This document shows positions 30,838 to 43,800 of a stretch of DNA of 64,000 nt, one piece after another. Origin of the DNA: Spirogloea muscicola (lineage: Eukaryota); contig WELB01000007.1 in the NCBI GenBank assembly GCA_009602725.1, forward strand, positions 1,254,310 through 1,318,309, written 5' to 3'. The translations under genes were made by a program, and so were the position numbers. How positions within the stretch are numbered: the stretch's first letter is position 1; each line of letters starts with the position of its first letter. Under the pieces are notes generated by a model. The model ran no database searches and had not been told where the DNA came from. It worked only from the letters and a program-made list of their open reading frames with translations.

Positions 30838-31020
30838 ACTTGGCCACCCAGGCCCTCCATCACTCAATACACACTCCAAATCCTTTCCCACGTCACCGTG
30901 CTTGCCCTTGTACTTGGCCACTCAGGCCCTCCGTCACTCAATACACATTCCACTCTTCGTTCCCACCGCCTTGCTTATGTACTTGGCAGCTCTGGCCCGG
31001 CCATCACCGAACACTCACCG
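30838..31020 (+). repeat. About 2.5 degenerate tandem units (~70-74 bp) related to the F2 3' UTR
   Basis: Units begin ACTTGGC at 30838, 30912 and 30981. GTGCTTGCC..TGTACTTGGCCAC..ATACACA matches the F2 UTR at ~36140-36180 and ~58470-58525. Confidence 0.65.
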
Positions 31021-34000
31021 CCGCCGCCCGCGCCTGCGCCTGCGCCTGCTCGTTGAGCTCCAGGCAGCGCAGCAGCACGCCCAGCGCCACACCCGCGCAC
31101 CCCGCCTCCTCCGCCTCCTCCGCCGCGGCCGCCGCCAGCGCCTGCCGCAGCGGCAGCAGCCACTCCCGCCTCGACCCCTCCAGCTGCGCCCCGCTGCGGA
31201 TGCCTGTCCAGTTGCTCCCTGCTGCGAATGCACACGCCGCCACGCGACACGTCTCACCAGGAGCTGCCGGCCAACGAGGCTCTGGTGCTAGCACAGGTTG
31301 TGGGCAATACACTGTTGAGCTTAGACCTTCGCGAGCAACATGTATTTGTATATGTGCAGCTGCCTATATTGTGCGACCTCCTTCTCCAACTTAGCAGCAC
31401 CTCGAGAATAAGAGTAGGAGCAGAGCTCAGATGTGCAAGTCAAGTGGGAGGAAAGGGTCTCACCGGCGCTCTCTCGCAGCAGGAGGAACCTGTACAAGTT
31501 GAGCGCAGCCATCACCTGCATGATAGGACAGCGCATTGAATGTTGTGCCAATATTAATGTCAGATCCTGCGCTAGAGGCTGTCTATCACAGGTGGACCAC
31601 TTCTGTGTCAAGAGATCGCGGCAATGGCTACCACCAATTCTGAATTTATACCATTCAAATGGTTTCCTTTGATGTAGGAATGCACTCAGGCAGCGGTCCA
31701 GGCATACGTACTGAGTCACATTCTGCCGTCAGGTCCAGGGGTCTTCCAGAAGGAGGGCACAGCACATGCTTAATCAGTGTGAGGATGTCTGCGGTAGCAA
31801 ATGGAGAAGAGACATTTTCTTTGTCTTGTCCTTCAGAACCTGTGAATGTCGCTCCTTGGCCAAGCGCAGCCACGCTGTCTGACTGCTCCTCCCTTGACGA
31901 AGTGTCGGGCGTGATGGGCGTCATGCTGGTCCGAGGCACCAACAGCCGTACTTGCAGACACTTGTCCGCCTCTTCTTTTGCAAACCTCAGCAACAGCGAC
32001 ACCTGCCAGTGGAAATAACAGATTTGAACTCCCATGAAAGTGGAAGACAGTCGTTCTGAAGGAGGAGCACTATACCCTAGTTGTCCTAGTCATGTAAGTA
32101 TGCACAAGAAAAGTGTGCCTCCTGCATTTAGTAACAGTCTCCACATGTCTGACACTCACCATCATAGGGTGAGGCGCTTGTACTATGAGGCTCCTGACAG
32201 CTTTGAAACGCTCCTCAGAAGTGTACATGACAAGAAGGACCTATATTGAAAAGATAATGAGACCGAGATCAAAAAGATTGCAAGCGAAGCTCGCAAAGCT
32301 TTGGCAAATGTAGTAGTGCCCAGGCCAGCTGTGGTGCTCAACAAGGTGAAGTACCTGCTGCAGAACTTCGAAGCAGCGCTTGGCCAGCGCAGCACTTGAG
32401 GATAATACCATCCGCAGCTGGAGAACCTGGAGAAGACACACAGCACGGCGTTTCACAAACACAAGCCAGATTAGCTATGTGAACAACACAGAAATAGAAC
32501 ACTTAATCAAAGTGTAGCAACAACTACACTGCTTCCATGGCAGATTGCATAATGTTGTGAAGGCTCAGCCCAGTAGCGACAATACAGCAACAACAATGGT
32601 AAAATCTAAGCACTCGGGCAAAAAGGAGAAACAAACCTGCAAGGTGTCTGTCAGCTTCTCGGGGAAGTGCTGTTGCATCTCTTGCACAGATCGTAAGCCT
32701 TGACGGCTGTGAATTACTGAGATGGCTGCCTCCATCAGATCTGCTGCATGCAGTGCTACCTCCTGGCTCTGTCGAAGCATGACGCCTGCAAGCACAATGA
32801 CATCCTCTGCTTGCTCTCGAGATAATTCTAGCAGATTGCCCTCCTTCACCAGCCACTGAAGTACTGACTGCCTGTCCACCATGTCTTCATCACTTTCTGC
32901 TTGGTCCGCTTGACCAACTTCGTTGCCCTCTGTGCTGGTTGAGTAATTAGTGCAGGCCACAATCTCCTCATTGTGGCAGATGATCCAGTATGCTGCATCT
33001 CAATCAAACAGGCAGTCCATTAAGATCTGCAAGGCCTATGCTGAAGAGCTTTAACTTGCAAAGATACACCCATCACGAAGCTATCATATTGCACGCACCC
33101 CCTTAAATCAATCACCCAGCACTATGACGGCGACAATGGAAGGAGTAAGCTCCAGCTAATGCATGTTGTCACCCGATGCAGAGTCTGCCAATCATATAAG
33201 AAGGGTTTTTGACATTCACCAGCCAAACCTGCCCCTAAGGTGATATCCATGCACAATTTAGCCTGTAAGTCCAGCTGCTCATCTTCGTCCTCCTCGTGTG
33301 CACTGGGTCTGTGAGGAACGAGCAGCTCTGGTCTGAGCAACTCGCTGAGGCTGACTTTACATTGGCAGAGGATGCTCAGCAGGGATAAGTTTACATCAGT
33401 CCCAGTGGCTGCTCGACTGAGATTAGGCATGAAGGAAGTCACACGCGAGAGCGCCTGCGAAAATGGGAACACACAGGTCCTTACCTCAAAAGAGACACAG
33501 AAAACCAAGACATGCTACCTGACAACTCAGTATGCAAGCCGTGAAGCTGTACTAGAAATGGTCAACACATGCATGCAGGCAGTACGGTACTGTACCAGAA
33601 GCTGGAGTGCGAACAAGACAATCTCTTGCCTAAGCTCTTTGTGGCTTGGTCCATCCTGGTAAACAGCCACAGTCAAAATAAAGTGTCATAATTCTCACTC
33701 AGATGTATCAGTCTTCATCATGACTCACCAGGAATGCTGCCTTTATGCAGAAGTAGGCTTCAGATTGCTACAAGCAGGAAGCAAAGGCAGCTTCCTTGGA
33801 CAGCTTGAGTTGCTTGCAATACCTGTGCAGTTTGTAGTATACAGCACACAGTCTGACACAAACGTACAGCCGCTGGCGCCATCTGCTGCCGGAACAAGTT
33901 CTGCTCTCGCGCTTCTGATCTTGCCGAGAGTGTGCCCAGGGAGTAAGGGCTTGCGAAGTCGCATACCACATCCTCATCTATCTCAGGCTTGTTCCTGGAC

Positions 34001-35751
34001 CTTGTGACGGACTTCAGTGTCTGCAAGATGATTGGCACTGCCTCGCTAAGAAATATGGCGTGCCTTCGCGGAAGCCTCCGAAATACTGCAGGTGTCCTGG
34101 GCATCATTGACAACGTCAGCGTAACCAGACTGAATCTCTCAAAGTTGACCATGCACTTTTCCAACTGCACAGAGTGCAAATTTGCGGCTGCCTTATCAAG
34201 GACTGGGCGCCGAGGAGCTGGATTCATTTGTTAAAGTAGTCCAGAGATGTGGCAATGATGTTCCATGATTGCAGCAACCCTGTCGTGCTCCTGGTCGGAA
34301 ATATATCACGAAAGAGGACTTGCCTGTTACTAGTGCATTGAGTGTCGCAAGCTGCAAACCCCAGGGTTCCGTATCATCCACTCTATTCTCAGGTTGCGCA
34401 GAACTGAGGACCTGGAGTTGCATGCTCAAGAAGTCAATAGTACGCATGCTCGTAGCAACAACAGTGCTAACAGAGTATGACGACGATCTCTGGACCTCCT
34501 CCAATCGATGATGAGACGAAAGACTGCGCATCATTTGTACAAGAGCAACCTTCAGGTGACAGGTCAATCATGATCTCAACAGCTCACACTGAAGGATCAC
34601 AAGAACATGAAAGTCAGTGGCAGACAAAGCGAGGGTGCGTACATCCAGAAAACAAGTGAACATCTCTCGTGGGTCGCACGCCTCTGCTGCAGCAATGAAT
34701 AGGCGACTTGAAGCTGCATGCCTCTCTTTGGATGCTCCAAACGAGCGTGCAACAATGTGCATTATCTCCCAGACTGTTCTATCCCATATAACCTGGTCAG
34801 AAGACAAGTCTTCCTTGAGAATATTGCAACACTCGAAGAGAAATATTTCTTTTCCTGTGAGAACAACAGAGCAGCTATTCGTGTGCACATAAGAGTCTAT
34901 GCCCGAAGCTTGACTTGAAAGTCTGGAGAGAGGTTAATGTGGACAGCAAAGGACGAGATAAATAGGATGATTATCACGTTTCCTACAGGGTAAGCAGGAG
35001 AGAAGCAAAGAGGTCTGTAAGGAGGAGATGGTGGTGGTGAACAATTACAGTCCTGCTCTGTGAATGTATTGGACCTGAGAGTGACTTGAACCCTCGAGGA
35101 GAGAGGAAGCTCGCTCAAGGACAGCAGTGCACACGTCCTCGGCGTCCTTATTCACTTGAAGAGCATCATTAAGTGCCACCTCGAAAGCTGAAACCTCGGG
35201 GTCTCCATCAGCAGCCTTCACTCATTTGGAGCAGACAGCGAAACACAGAGATCATGGTTATTTGCACAAGGCTTCTACTTAAGAGTCTCTCCTTGATGGC
35301 ACGAGCCAAAACGGGAACAGCGAGACTGTCAGATAATATAGAGACAAGCATGCACTAAAGCCTCAGCTGGACGTTGTAATGGACAGCCTGCAGGCATTGA
35401 GAAGCCTCTCATGTATAGCCAGGACTTCAGCTCTGAGTGGTGGAGACTGGCAAGATTCATGGCTGAACTAGTTCGCTGTGTTACATGCATAGAGCTGCAA
35501 GAGCTCGACCAGCTGCCTCGTGACCGACATCTTCGAGGCAAAGTTCTTGGATGCTGAGTCATTGGGACCCCTGAACAGGCTAGGCGTCCTGTAGCACTCT
35601 GAAAGAGTAGCAGTTTGCTGCATTTAGAGTACAAATGCCGTTGCATACTTACCGCGCAGCTTGCTGCATAGCCTGCTTCCAGCCTGGAGATGGCAGTCGC
35701 AGTGGCCTCCTCTGGAGGCGGCCACCAACCGCCAGTGTCGAGCACGCTCAT
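31004..35751 (-). CDS. ALF4: Aberrant root formation protein 4 / glomulin-like, multi-exon
   Basis: Exons: AAEACDPREMFTCFLD, VFRRLPRRHAIFLSEAVPIILQTL, LIKHVLCPPSGRPLDL..ECDS / VMAALNLYRFLLLRESAG / SNWTGIRS..REWLLPLR..VLLRCLELNEQ, matching the plant ALF4 C-terminal pattern. Confidence 0.8.
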
Positions 35752-36069
35752 GACTTAGAGGTCGAGCGCCGGCTGGAGGCAGCCCGCTGCGGGCTGCGCC
35801 GCGTTGCAGGAGGCGGCTCCGCCGGCGCTGGGCGGGCGCGTCAGAAGACGCTCGCTGCTTGGGGACGGCGGCCGGCAGCTCCGCGCGGCCTGAGAGCCGG
35901 AGGGGCACAGTGCTGGAACAGGGATGTCGCTTGAAGTTCTTGTATCAGGGGGCGTGGGACTGTGAGAAGCCAGCTTCCAGAAGTACGAGCAAGGTCGCTG
36001 CAGAGAGCTAACGGGTTGGTGTACATTCCTCGTTCCGGCTGCGCGTTGTCCATCTCTCTTTTTTCCGGT

Positions 36070-36369
36070 CTAGTGACCTTGTGCTGACTCGTGGTTACTG
36101 AGCGGGTCAGCTTAGCAGCAGATGATGTACGTCTGGCGATGTGCTTGCCTTCTGTACTAGGCCACTCGATACACACTCCATGCCTTTTCTTAGCCCAGCA
36201 TCTCTGATCTGCGGCTGCTTAGCAGGGGTTACTGAGTGTCTCGTAGCAGCTTTGTTTCTGTTACTTAGCGCTTCCCCTGGCCCCCTTCTCGTACTCTGTT
36301 CATTCTTTTTCGGGCTGGTTGTTCCAGCCCCTATTCTCAATGGGCGAGCACTTTCCTCTTTTCTTAGCC
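36070..36369 (+). mobile_element. Two CRE-like 3'-end remnants (F2, then F1b) in the ALF4/UFSP2 divergent promoter
   Basis: DLVLTRGY*-GCGGGTCAG (F2), then SDLRLLSRGY* with UTR and hairpin (F1b, 36196-36357) flanked by the 12-bp direct repeat cttttcttagcc (36184-36195/36358-36369). Confidence 0.82.
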
Positions 36370-36419
36370 GGCCCTGGATCCCAGCTACCATCCCCGTACT
36401 CTCACTTTCACTCGCCCCC

Positions 36420-39400
36420 ATGGCGGCGCCATCTGGCCGGGCGCGCGTGCTACAGGGAGTGGAGCCAAGCCTGCGCCGGCTCCTGGCCGCGCCCCGCAGC
36501 CAGGGCGCCGCTGTCGCGTGCGGCTGGCTCCTTGGCTCTGCTGGCACCCAGGAGGTGCCGCCTACAATCGCCAGCGCTGTCGGCTGCCTCGGCGGCGGCA
36601 TCGAAGCCGGCGTCGGCCTGGACGCCCGTGCGGAGGCGGGTAGGTCTCTGAGCTCGGCTAGACGCCGCTTGCATCCCTTGAAGGAGCTAAGGCCAGTGAC
36701 TTCTTTAGCGCGAGATGGCTTCTGCTGCATGGTGCACTACACAGCGCGAGGCTTGGCGGTAGTCGTCATGAGCTAGCTATCAGATCGGCAGGTAACACGG
36801 CTTGCTTCCGTGACCGCACTCTGTCACACTCGGAGAGTAACGGCCACGTACAGGCTGGTGCTCTTCGTGAATGCAGTGGCGCTTCGGTCACTTGTTCCAG
36901 CTGGGATTGACGTCCTCGGGGCCTACTTCACCTCCGAGGCCGAGACTGCTGTCCAGCCATTTCTCCAGTCAATTCAGAACGTCTTTGCGGTGCTATACGA
37001 AGGCGCAGAGTTGCCATGGCCGTTGCTGGCAGCAGTTGGCCCTTCCAGTGTCGAATACTACCGAGGCCATGCTGCTTCTGTAGCCAGCTGGCAGCCTCTA
37101 GATGTCGAGGTCCTGCCCCGGGACTGTGACTGGCTTTGGGGAGATCACAGTATCCTGCGCTGCAAGTTGGACGCTGATATATCACTAAGCTGCTTCGATA
37201 CCCTTGGAGGGGCAGGTAATAAACATAGCCTTTGCCTGCTCTAGATTTTAGCATGCATCCAAGATCTTATCATTTGGAGACCGTAGGAAATGTTGCTCAT
37301 CACCAAAGACATACCCTGCAAGAGGCCAGATCGGCAGTACGACACAGGAGCTGCTGTAAATGAAGTCAGTGCGTGCCACCTTCCGTGATCATGTCAACCT
37401 CCATGAGCGAAGATGTCGCGTGCGACCTTGCAGGTGTGCAGGCGAACATTGAAGCGGCTATGAAGACATTAGCAGCAGATCTTACGCGCTCAAACGTCTC
37501 ATTCTTGGTTCACGATGGGCACAATGAAAGGCCTATTTTAGTGCAAGCACAAGAGGTTGCGGAGCGACTGGCAAGTCATGGCCAAGCTTGTTCGAGTGGA
37601 GATAAGGTCAAGCCAAAAGGAGAACAAACAAAGAGCCCCAAGGACTCTCGTAGCACCCAAGTAAGAGCCTCGTCAACCAGCTCAAGTTCTCCTCCTCCTG
37701 TGCCTTCCCACTCGTATGGGTCAATCGCACTGATGCAGAATGGACAGACCCATGCTGCAACTTCTAGCAGCCTGGCCTGATGGACTTGCACAGGACTTAC
37801 TTGTTTAGTACATGACTTCAGGTGCCTGTCCCTTTCCACGTGAGTGTTATGATTCAGAGGTGTAAGACAGGGGGAGCCTTAGCTCCAGTTCTAAAGTTTA
37901 CGCCAGGTAAAGCTTCAGCATGCCCTCGTTCTCGAAATTAGTAATGTACTTTGGCTATCTCAGGCACTTTCTTGGCTCGAATATGCAAAGACTGCACCCG
38001 GCTGTCAAGCTCACCTAAGTGTAATTAACCAGAAAAACTTCCTCATACAAAGCTGCTTTTGAGCTTTATCAATGGCGGCTCTCCGGTTGTGCATGTAATA
38101 GTTGCAGGCTCAACGTCCATTACAAGGCTTCAACTTGGACTTGATGTTCTCTGCTGTGCACCCAAATCAATTTCGTTGGCTGCTGCCTGCTTCCGCCTCA
38201 TTATCCCTGCTGCTTGTGTGCAACTTAAGATCATGCAGCACCTTGCTCAGCAAGGGTCCTACCAGAGTATCAAGGTCCGGGGACTGCGCCTGACCTTTTC
38301 CAAATACTGCGAGCCAGAAGTTGCACCAATGTATCAGGTTCATCCGCATGTTCCCCATAGTCCACTGGTATATCTTATTGTGTTTTGGCTTGTGTTGACT
38401 TTTCCTGAAGGTGTCTGCTTACCACTTCATGCCTGAGGGCCTCCCTCATCCAGTGACAGCTGTGTACCCATTGTCCTATGGCGAGGTGGAGCAAGTTCCA
38501 GGTAATATAATGCTTAGGATGTGCCTTCGATATACTCAGGTCATTGTTTGCACTGAGTGAGGTGTGAGTATCATGAAGATTCCATGCATCTACTGATATT
38601 AGTCTTCCAAGTACGTCTGTGCAGTGGACATACGAATGGATTTGCATCGGCGTCTGGGACTTCCTATGGATCGACCCCTCCTGCGCACAGCAAATGCCAT
38701 GTCATTTAACGCAGAAGGGTCTCCTACCACGGGTAAAATGACCTACCTTCAATGACAGCTTCTGCTCAAGGTCTGAGCATTTGACATGCGGGTTCAAAAA
38801 CGTCATGAGCTTGACATCATACAGAATCTTTGCCTTCTTGGTTGTGGTCAGGCACTCGCCTGGTGGATGTGCATGTGGGCTTGCAACCATCAGGAGGTAT
38901 CACAAAATGTTGGACTGTGTGTTGCCCAATTGTTGGGGCCTCTTGCCATATTAGTTGAGTGGTTCGGTGCATGCTTTCATTTGAGCTTTGCCACTTAGCA
39001 TCGCCATCCTGAGTTGTTCACGAGCTTGCAAGTGTGTAGTTGTTGGAGGACAACCAAGCCTAGTTCAGGGCTCCTACCAGTACTTCCACTACATGCAGGA
39101 CCACATGGATGACAATGTAAGAAGTCTGATCTGGATAAGCAGCCAAACGTGCTCATTTTGGCTGCCTTCGGCTCCACAGGTTCTTGTCGAAGACTTTTTA
39201 GTTGCTATGCAGTCCTGCTGTTATATCAACATAGCAAGGGGCAGCTCAGCCCATACAGGCCATGCAGCGCTGTCATGTCCACCTCCCCAACAGCATACCG
39301 CTTGGGCAGTGTATGATCAGTCTGCCTTACCGCTTCTGCTTTCAGGGCTGGGGTTGTGCCTACCGTTCGCTGCAGACAATTATGTCCTGGTTCCTCCTTC

Positions 39401-40621
39401 AACATTATACAGGCCTAGCTGTTCCAAACCACAGGTATGCACCATCAATCTTGAGCACCAGTAAGTTGCTGTGAGAGTATTGCTAAGTTAGGCTCAGCAG
39501 GCAGCCGCTGGTCCTCTGCCTGTAATGCCTGTCACATCTGATGTGCTTGAACACCACTGCGCACATGAGCAGGTCTATACAGCAGACCTTGGTGGATCTA
39601 GGAGATAAGCCACCATCCTTTGTTGGATCTTGTCAGTGGATTGGGGCTATTGAGCTCTCATATATTCTTGATCAGCTGTTAGGGGTGAGTAGCGATTCCA
39701 TGCAACCAGCAGGCTACTGCACATCTATCATAGATTAAGAAGAAAGAGCTCGCCCATTGAGGATAGGGGCTGGAACAGCCAGCCCATCATAGATTTGAAT
39801 TCTACTTGCACAGTGATGGTCCAGTGCAACATGAAGTAGGTTCTTAATTGCATCTCATTGGGTGAACGTTTTAGGCAGTCTGCGAATTCAGACAAAGAGT
39901 GCCTGATTATCGTTCACAAGACAACAATAGCAAGGATCTTGTGGCATCCTCTGACATGTTGCTTATGTTGGTAAGCTGACATGCTAAGAAGTGATGGCAA
40001 ACCAAATTAACGAGTTTTTATATTTACTGCAGGTTACATGCAGAATATTAAATATACAGTCCGGTGCTGACATGCCAAGCAAGGGCCGAGAACTGGCTCA
40101 CCACTTTGACACTCAAGGCACTCCCGTTATGATAGGTGAGCTTGATATGGGTAGCAATTGCTGGATGAATCAAGCCAACAACTGTTTGCTAACAAACCTG
40201 ACGCAGAGGACATGTGTTGAAGAAGTGATGACTTGTTGCAAGTAGCAGCAGATGTTCTGCAAGGATGCTTTCTATGTGAGCACTTCATACTTCATTTCTA
40301 TGCGAGTGTCGGAGAGGAAGGGCCAAGCTCAGAATCGGGTCATCGGCAGAGCTTACGCTCAAGTCTGACAAGAAACATCTACTTGCTGAAGGTGGGGGAG
40401 TGCTTGCCTACACTCTTTTGGGAGTGGACTACAACGAAATGACAGGAGAGTGTGCTTTTCTGATACTGGATCCACATTACACTGGAGGGGAAGATCTTAA
40501 AACAATCAGGAGCGGGGGATGGTGTGGCTGGAAAAGCGCTGTGACTGAGAAAGGAAAAGACTTCTTCGTGCGGGATGCTTTCTACAATCTCCTCCTCCCC
40601 CAAAGGCCAGCAATGGTCTAG
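36420..40621 (+). CDS. UFSP2: UFM1-specific protease (peptidase C78), multi-exon
   Basis: [27 protein letters not shown] (catalytic Cys), [43 protein letters not shown] (DPH motif), [16 protein letters not shown]. Confidence 0.93.
39727..39795 (-). mobile_element. 49-bp retroposed terminal module of a CRE-like element with 10-bp TSD, in a UFSP2 intron
   Basis: Insert 39737-39785 reads GGGCTGGCTGTTCCAGCCCCTATCCTCAATGGGCGAGCTCTTTCTTCTT on the minus strand, flanked by atcatagatt at 39727-39736 and 39786-39795. Confidence 0.88.
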
Positions 40622-40843
40622 TTGGTCAAGTAAGCGGCGGTCAATGTTGCGAGCCAGCTTGCTTGGATCCTCTCAAAATTCTTTTGATATTGACCAGTAT
40701 GCTTCAGCTTGAGGCATTCAACATTGTCAATGTATGGAAGTAAAATGATTTTGAAGGACCAAACAATGATCCTTGTAGCAGCCGTACCCTCAGGTCCTGC
40801 ACAACGACGTCTTTCTCCCAGAACAACGTGAAGGCCTAAATAA

Positions 40844-43800
40844 TCATCTTGCAGACATTCCATGCATGCGAGCAACTCTTTCATATAGGTCTTGTGGCCA
40901 GTTTCTCTGCAGTGAATTAGCCACCGCTTGTATGATCTGAAAATGGAAAGCAGTGTTGCATCAAAAAGGAGCACCTATAGACCTCAATGCGTCAGCAAGC
41001 ATGATTACCATTCGGCAAAGAAGCTGTGAAGATGCTACGAAGTACCACAATATCATGTGAAGCAATAGTGCAGAGTGATTATTGGCAAAGACTATCACAA
41101 GGTGTTCCTCACCTTGGAGCGAAGAGTAGCAATGGAAGGGTCGAGTGGGGTAGACGAAGAGGCCAGCGTGTCCAGGCAGGAGAGGGCATTGCTAAAGAAA
41201 TCAGGAACTCGATCCTCAACGGGTCTGGTGAGACTTCGTAAGCACTCCAAGGACTTCTCTAAAGTCCTCCCCTCCAGTGGCAAGAAGGGCAGGCGGGTCA
41301 GCTGCCGGACTGCATCCAGGTACTTCCCTGACCGATTCAGTTGCTGGAAGTCAAGGATAACCTGAAGTTGGCGAAATGCTGCTTGTTGCACGGCTAGTGC
41401 CTCCCTGTCCTGGGTGCTGCAGAGAGAGAGAGAGAGAGAGAGGTGAGGTCAGACAAAAGCAACAGGAGATGTAGATCTCAGGGAGCAGGCTGTAGAATCA
41501 GCTGCATTCCTCACAGCTTCTTATATGCAGGGCTAGCAGCCTGGGTTGGACTATATATTATTGCAGCAAATAGGACTCAACATAGCAACCAGCTTTGCTG
41601 GTCACATAGGAGTTCAGAAGTGTGAGCTGCTCTCTATGTAAATATTGATCTCATTTTGCACATGAGGGAAGGGTCCTGTGCCTGCAGCATGCATTGGCTT
41701 AAGACTACCAGCTTAAGAAAGCCCAACTGTGCAGGTCCATGCATTGCACGCCCGCCTGGCATGCCCTCGGTGGCAGCAGATAAATACCAGTGAATGAGAC
41801 TGCTGACCTGCGAGAGCCAGTGTAGTCATGAGCATCCAGGATCTCGATGCCAGCCTCGAGCGCCGAGTTGGCCGGGGCATCCTTCTCACCAGCAATGGCC
41901 TCAGACAGCTGGCAATTGGCGACCTCCAGTGCCCGGGCAAAGTCGCCAGCCTTCCTGAACAGCTCCCTGGCCTGTTGCAGGACGACAAAATTTAACGAGG
42001 TCCTTAGCTCCACTCTGTGCCCGAAACTCTCTTGCATCAGCCAGACAAGAGTGATACATGACGGCATGACAATAACGGTCACCTCGTCCAGCTGGCCGGC
42101 GTCACGGCCCTCCGTCGCAGCCTGGAGGGTGAGCTGGCGCCTCGCTGCAGGGTCAGTGACGTGCCGAGACAAAGAGCCGTTGCCTGGCGGGCCCAGCAGC
42201 AGCGCCGCGCCGCCAGGCACTCTCAGAAGCTCCACAAGCAGCTGCTCCAGTGCGGCCTGCTGGCGCTGGGGAGCGTCAGCGCCACCGCCTTTGCCCATGG
42301 CTGACGCTGCTGCGAGATAGTAGTCGAGCGCGGCCCTCAGGTTGCCCCTTCGCGCATATGCCGCACCCTGCTGGCGCACGAGCGACGCCACGTACGCCGC
42401 TGCGTCGAGTCCTAGCACCGCCTCGGCTCTTGAGACACCCTCCTGCAGGGCGCCCCACTCGGCCAGCGCCAAGCCGGTATGACATGCCTCGCCCGGGCTG
42501 CCACCAGGCAGGTTCTCAGATTCCAGCTGTGCGAGGTGCGAGACCGCAAACTGAAGCTGCTGGCTGAGGATGAGCACGTAGGGGTACAGCAGGGGATCCT
42601 TGCCGCCCTTGACGTAGTAGCTTGCATCAAACTTGCGAAGGTACACCTGGAGAGCACCCAGGCTGCACGATCCGACGGTGGAAGCGGCGCCAGGGAAGCT
42701 GGAGGACGGAGCAGGCGCTGTGTCGTCCAGCACTGCGAGCTTGAACCAGAGGAAGTCCTCGATCGTAGCAAAGAGAGTGGGTATGTCGTGCGACAGTCGC
42801 TCAGGCAGCAGCTTGGCGCCCCCAAGCAGCAGGTGCAGCAACATCTTCTTCTTGTCGTAGAATGGCCGCCATGTCCCCCCGCCTTGCCTCTCGCCGCCGC
42901 CACCCCCAGACCTTGCAATTCTCTCGCACTCCTCGGCCATGGCCGAAGCAGTACGTGCCGACACGTGGCCACCAGTGTCCAACCACTCCTCCAGCTGCCA
43001 GATAGCAGTAAAAACTTGTCAGATGATCTGCTTCCTTGGCAGCTGACCTTCAATTACTGCTCAGTGGTTGTACCATCTTGTTTAAGCATGGCCAACAAAG
43101 TGCACCACATGTGCACATGAGAATGCCTTTGGGGGGGTTTTAGGAGGTACACTCCTACAAGTCACTTGTCACCGTGGTACTTACGATGCATCAAGCTCAA
43201 CAAGCTCAACAAGCTCAAGTCAGAGAAGGGTTGTGGAGCAAAGCTTACAGCTGAAGCGAAGGTGGCCCGACTGATACGAGAAGACTCAGCCACCTGCCGA
43301 GCCTCCTCATGGAATCCCGACCTCAGGCACAGATAGATCTGCGACAGTGCTTATCTTCTGAGAACAAGTCTCCACCTTTCTGTGCTGCGCTCAAGAGCAG
43401 TGCATGAGAGCAGTCACTGCCACATACCAACTCTACCAGCGAGCCTGCACACAGCTACCAGACCTGGTGCCATGTCGTGTCCAGGGGCGGTTGCCTTGGA
43501 TGTGGCCCAGCGTCAAAGTCCAGGAGCCCCTGATCACGCAACCTCACCTGCAGCAGGTCTGAGGTAAGAAGATGCGATGTCACATACACAGGGGTTGCTG
43601 CCCACTGCTACTTTACATATGGAGCTCAGACTTGAGTAGTGCCTCTGATTTGCTGCAATTGCTTCTGACAAATCTTCCTTTCAGTCTTTTGTGTTGGCGT
43701 GCTTGCACTCTTACCCTACTCAAAGAGACAGACAACCCAGCTAGCTGAAAGTAAAGAGTCCCATAAAACAACTGTATTTCTCAAGAAGGCTACTTCTCTT

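Noticed and set aside
41420..41442. (GA)n microsatellite
   Set aside because: It is the polypyrimidine tract of a NUP93 intron acceptor on the minus strand; ordinary.
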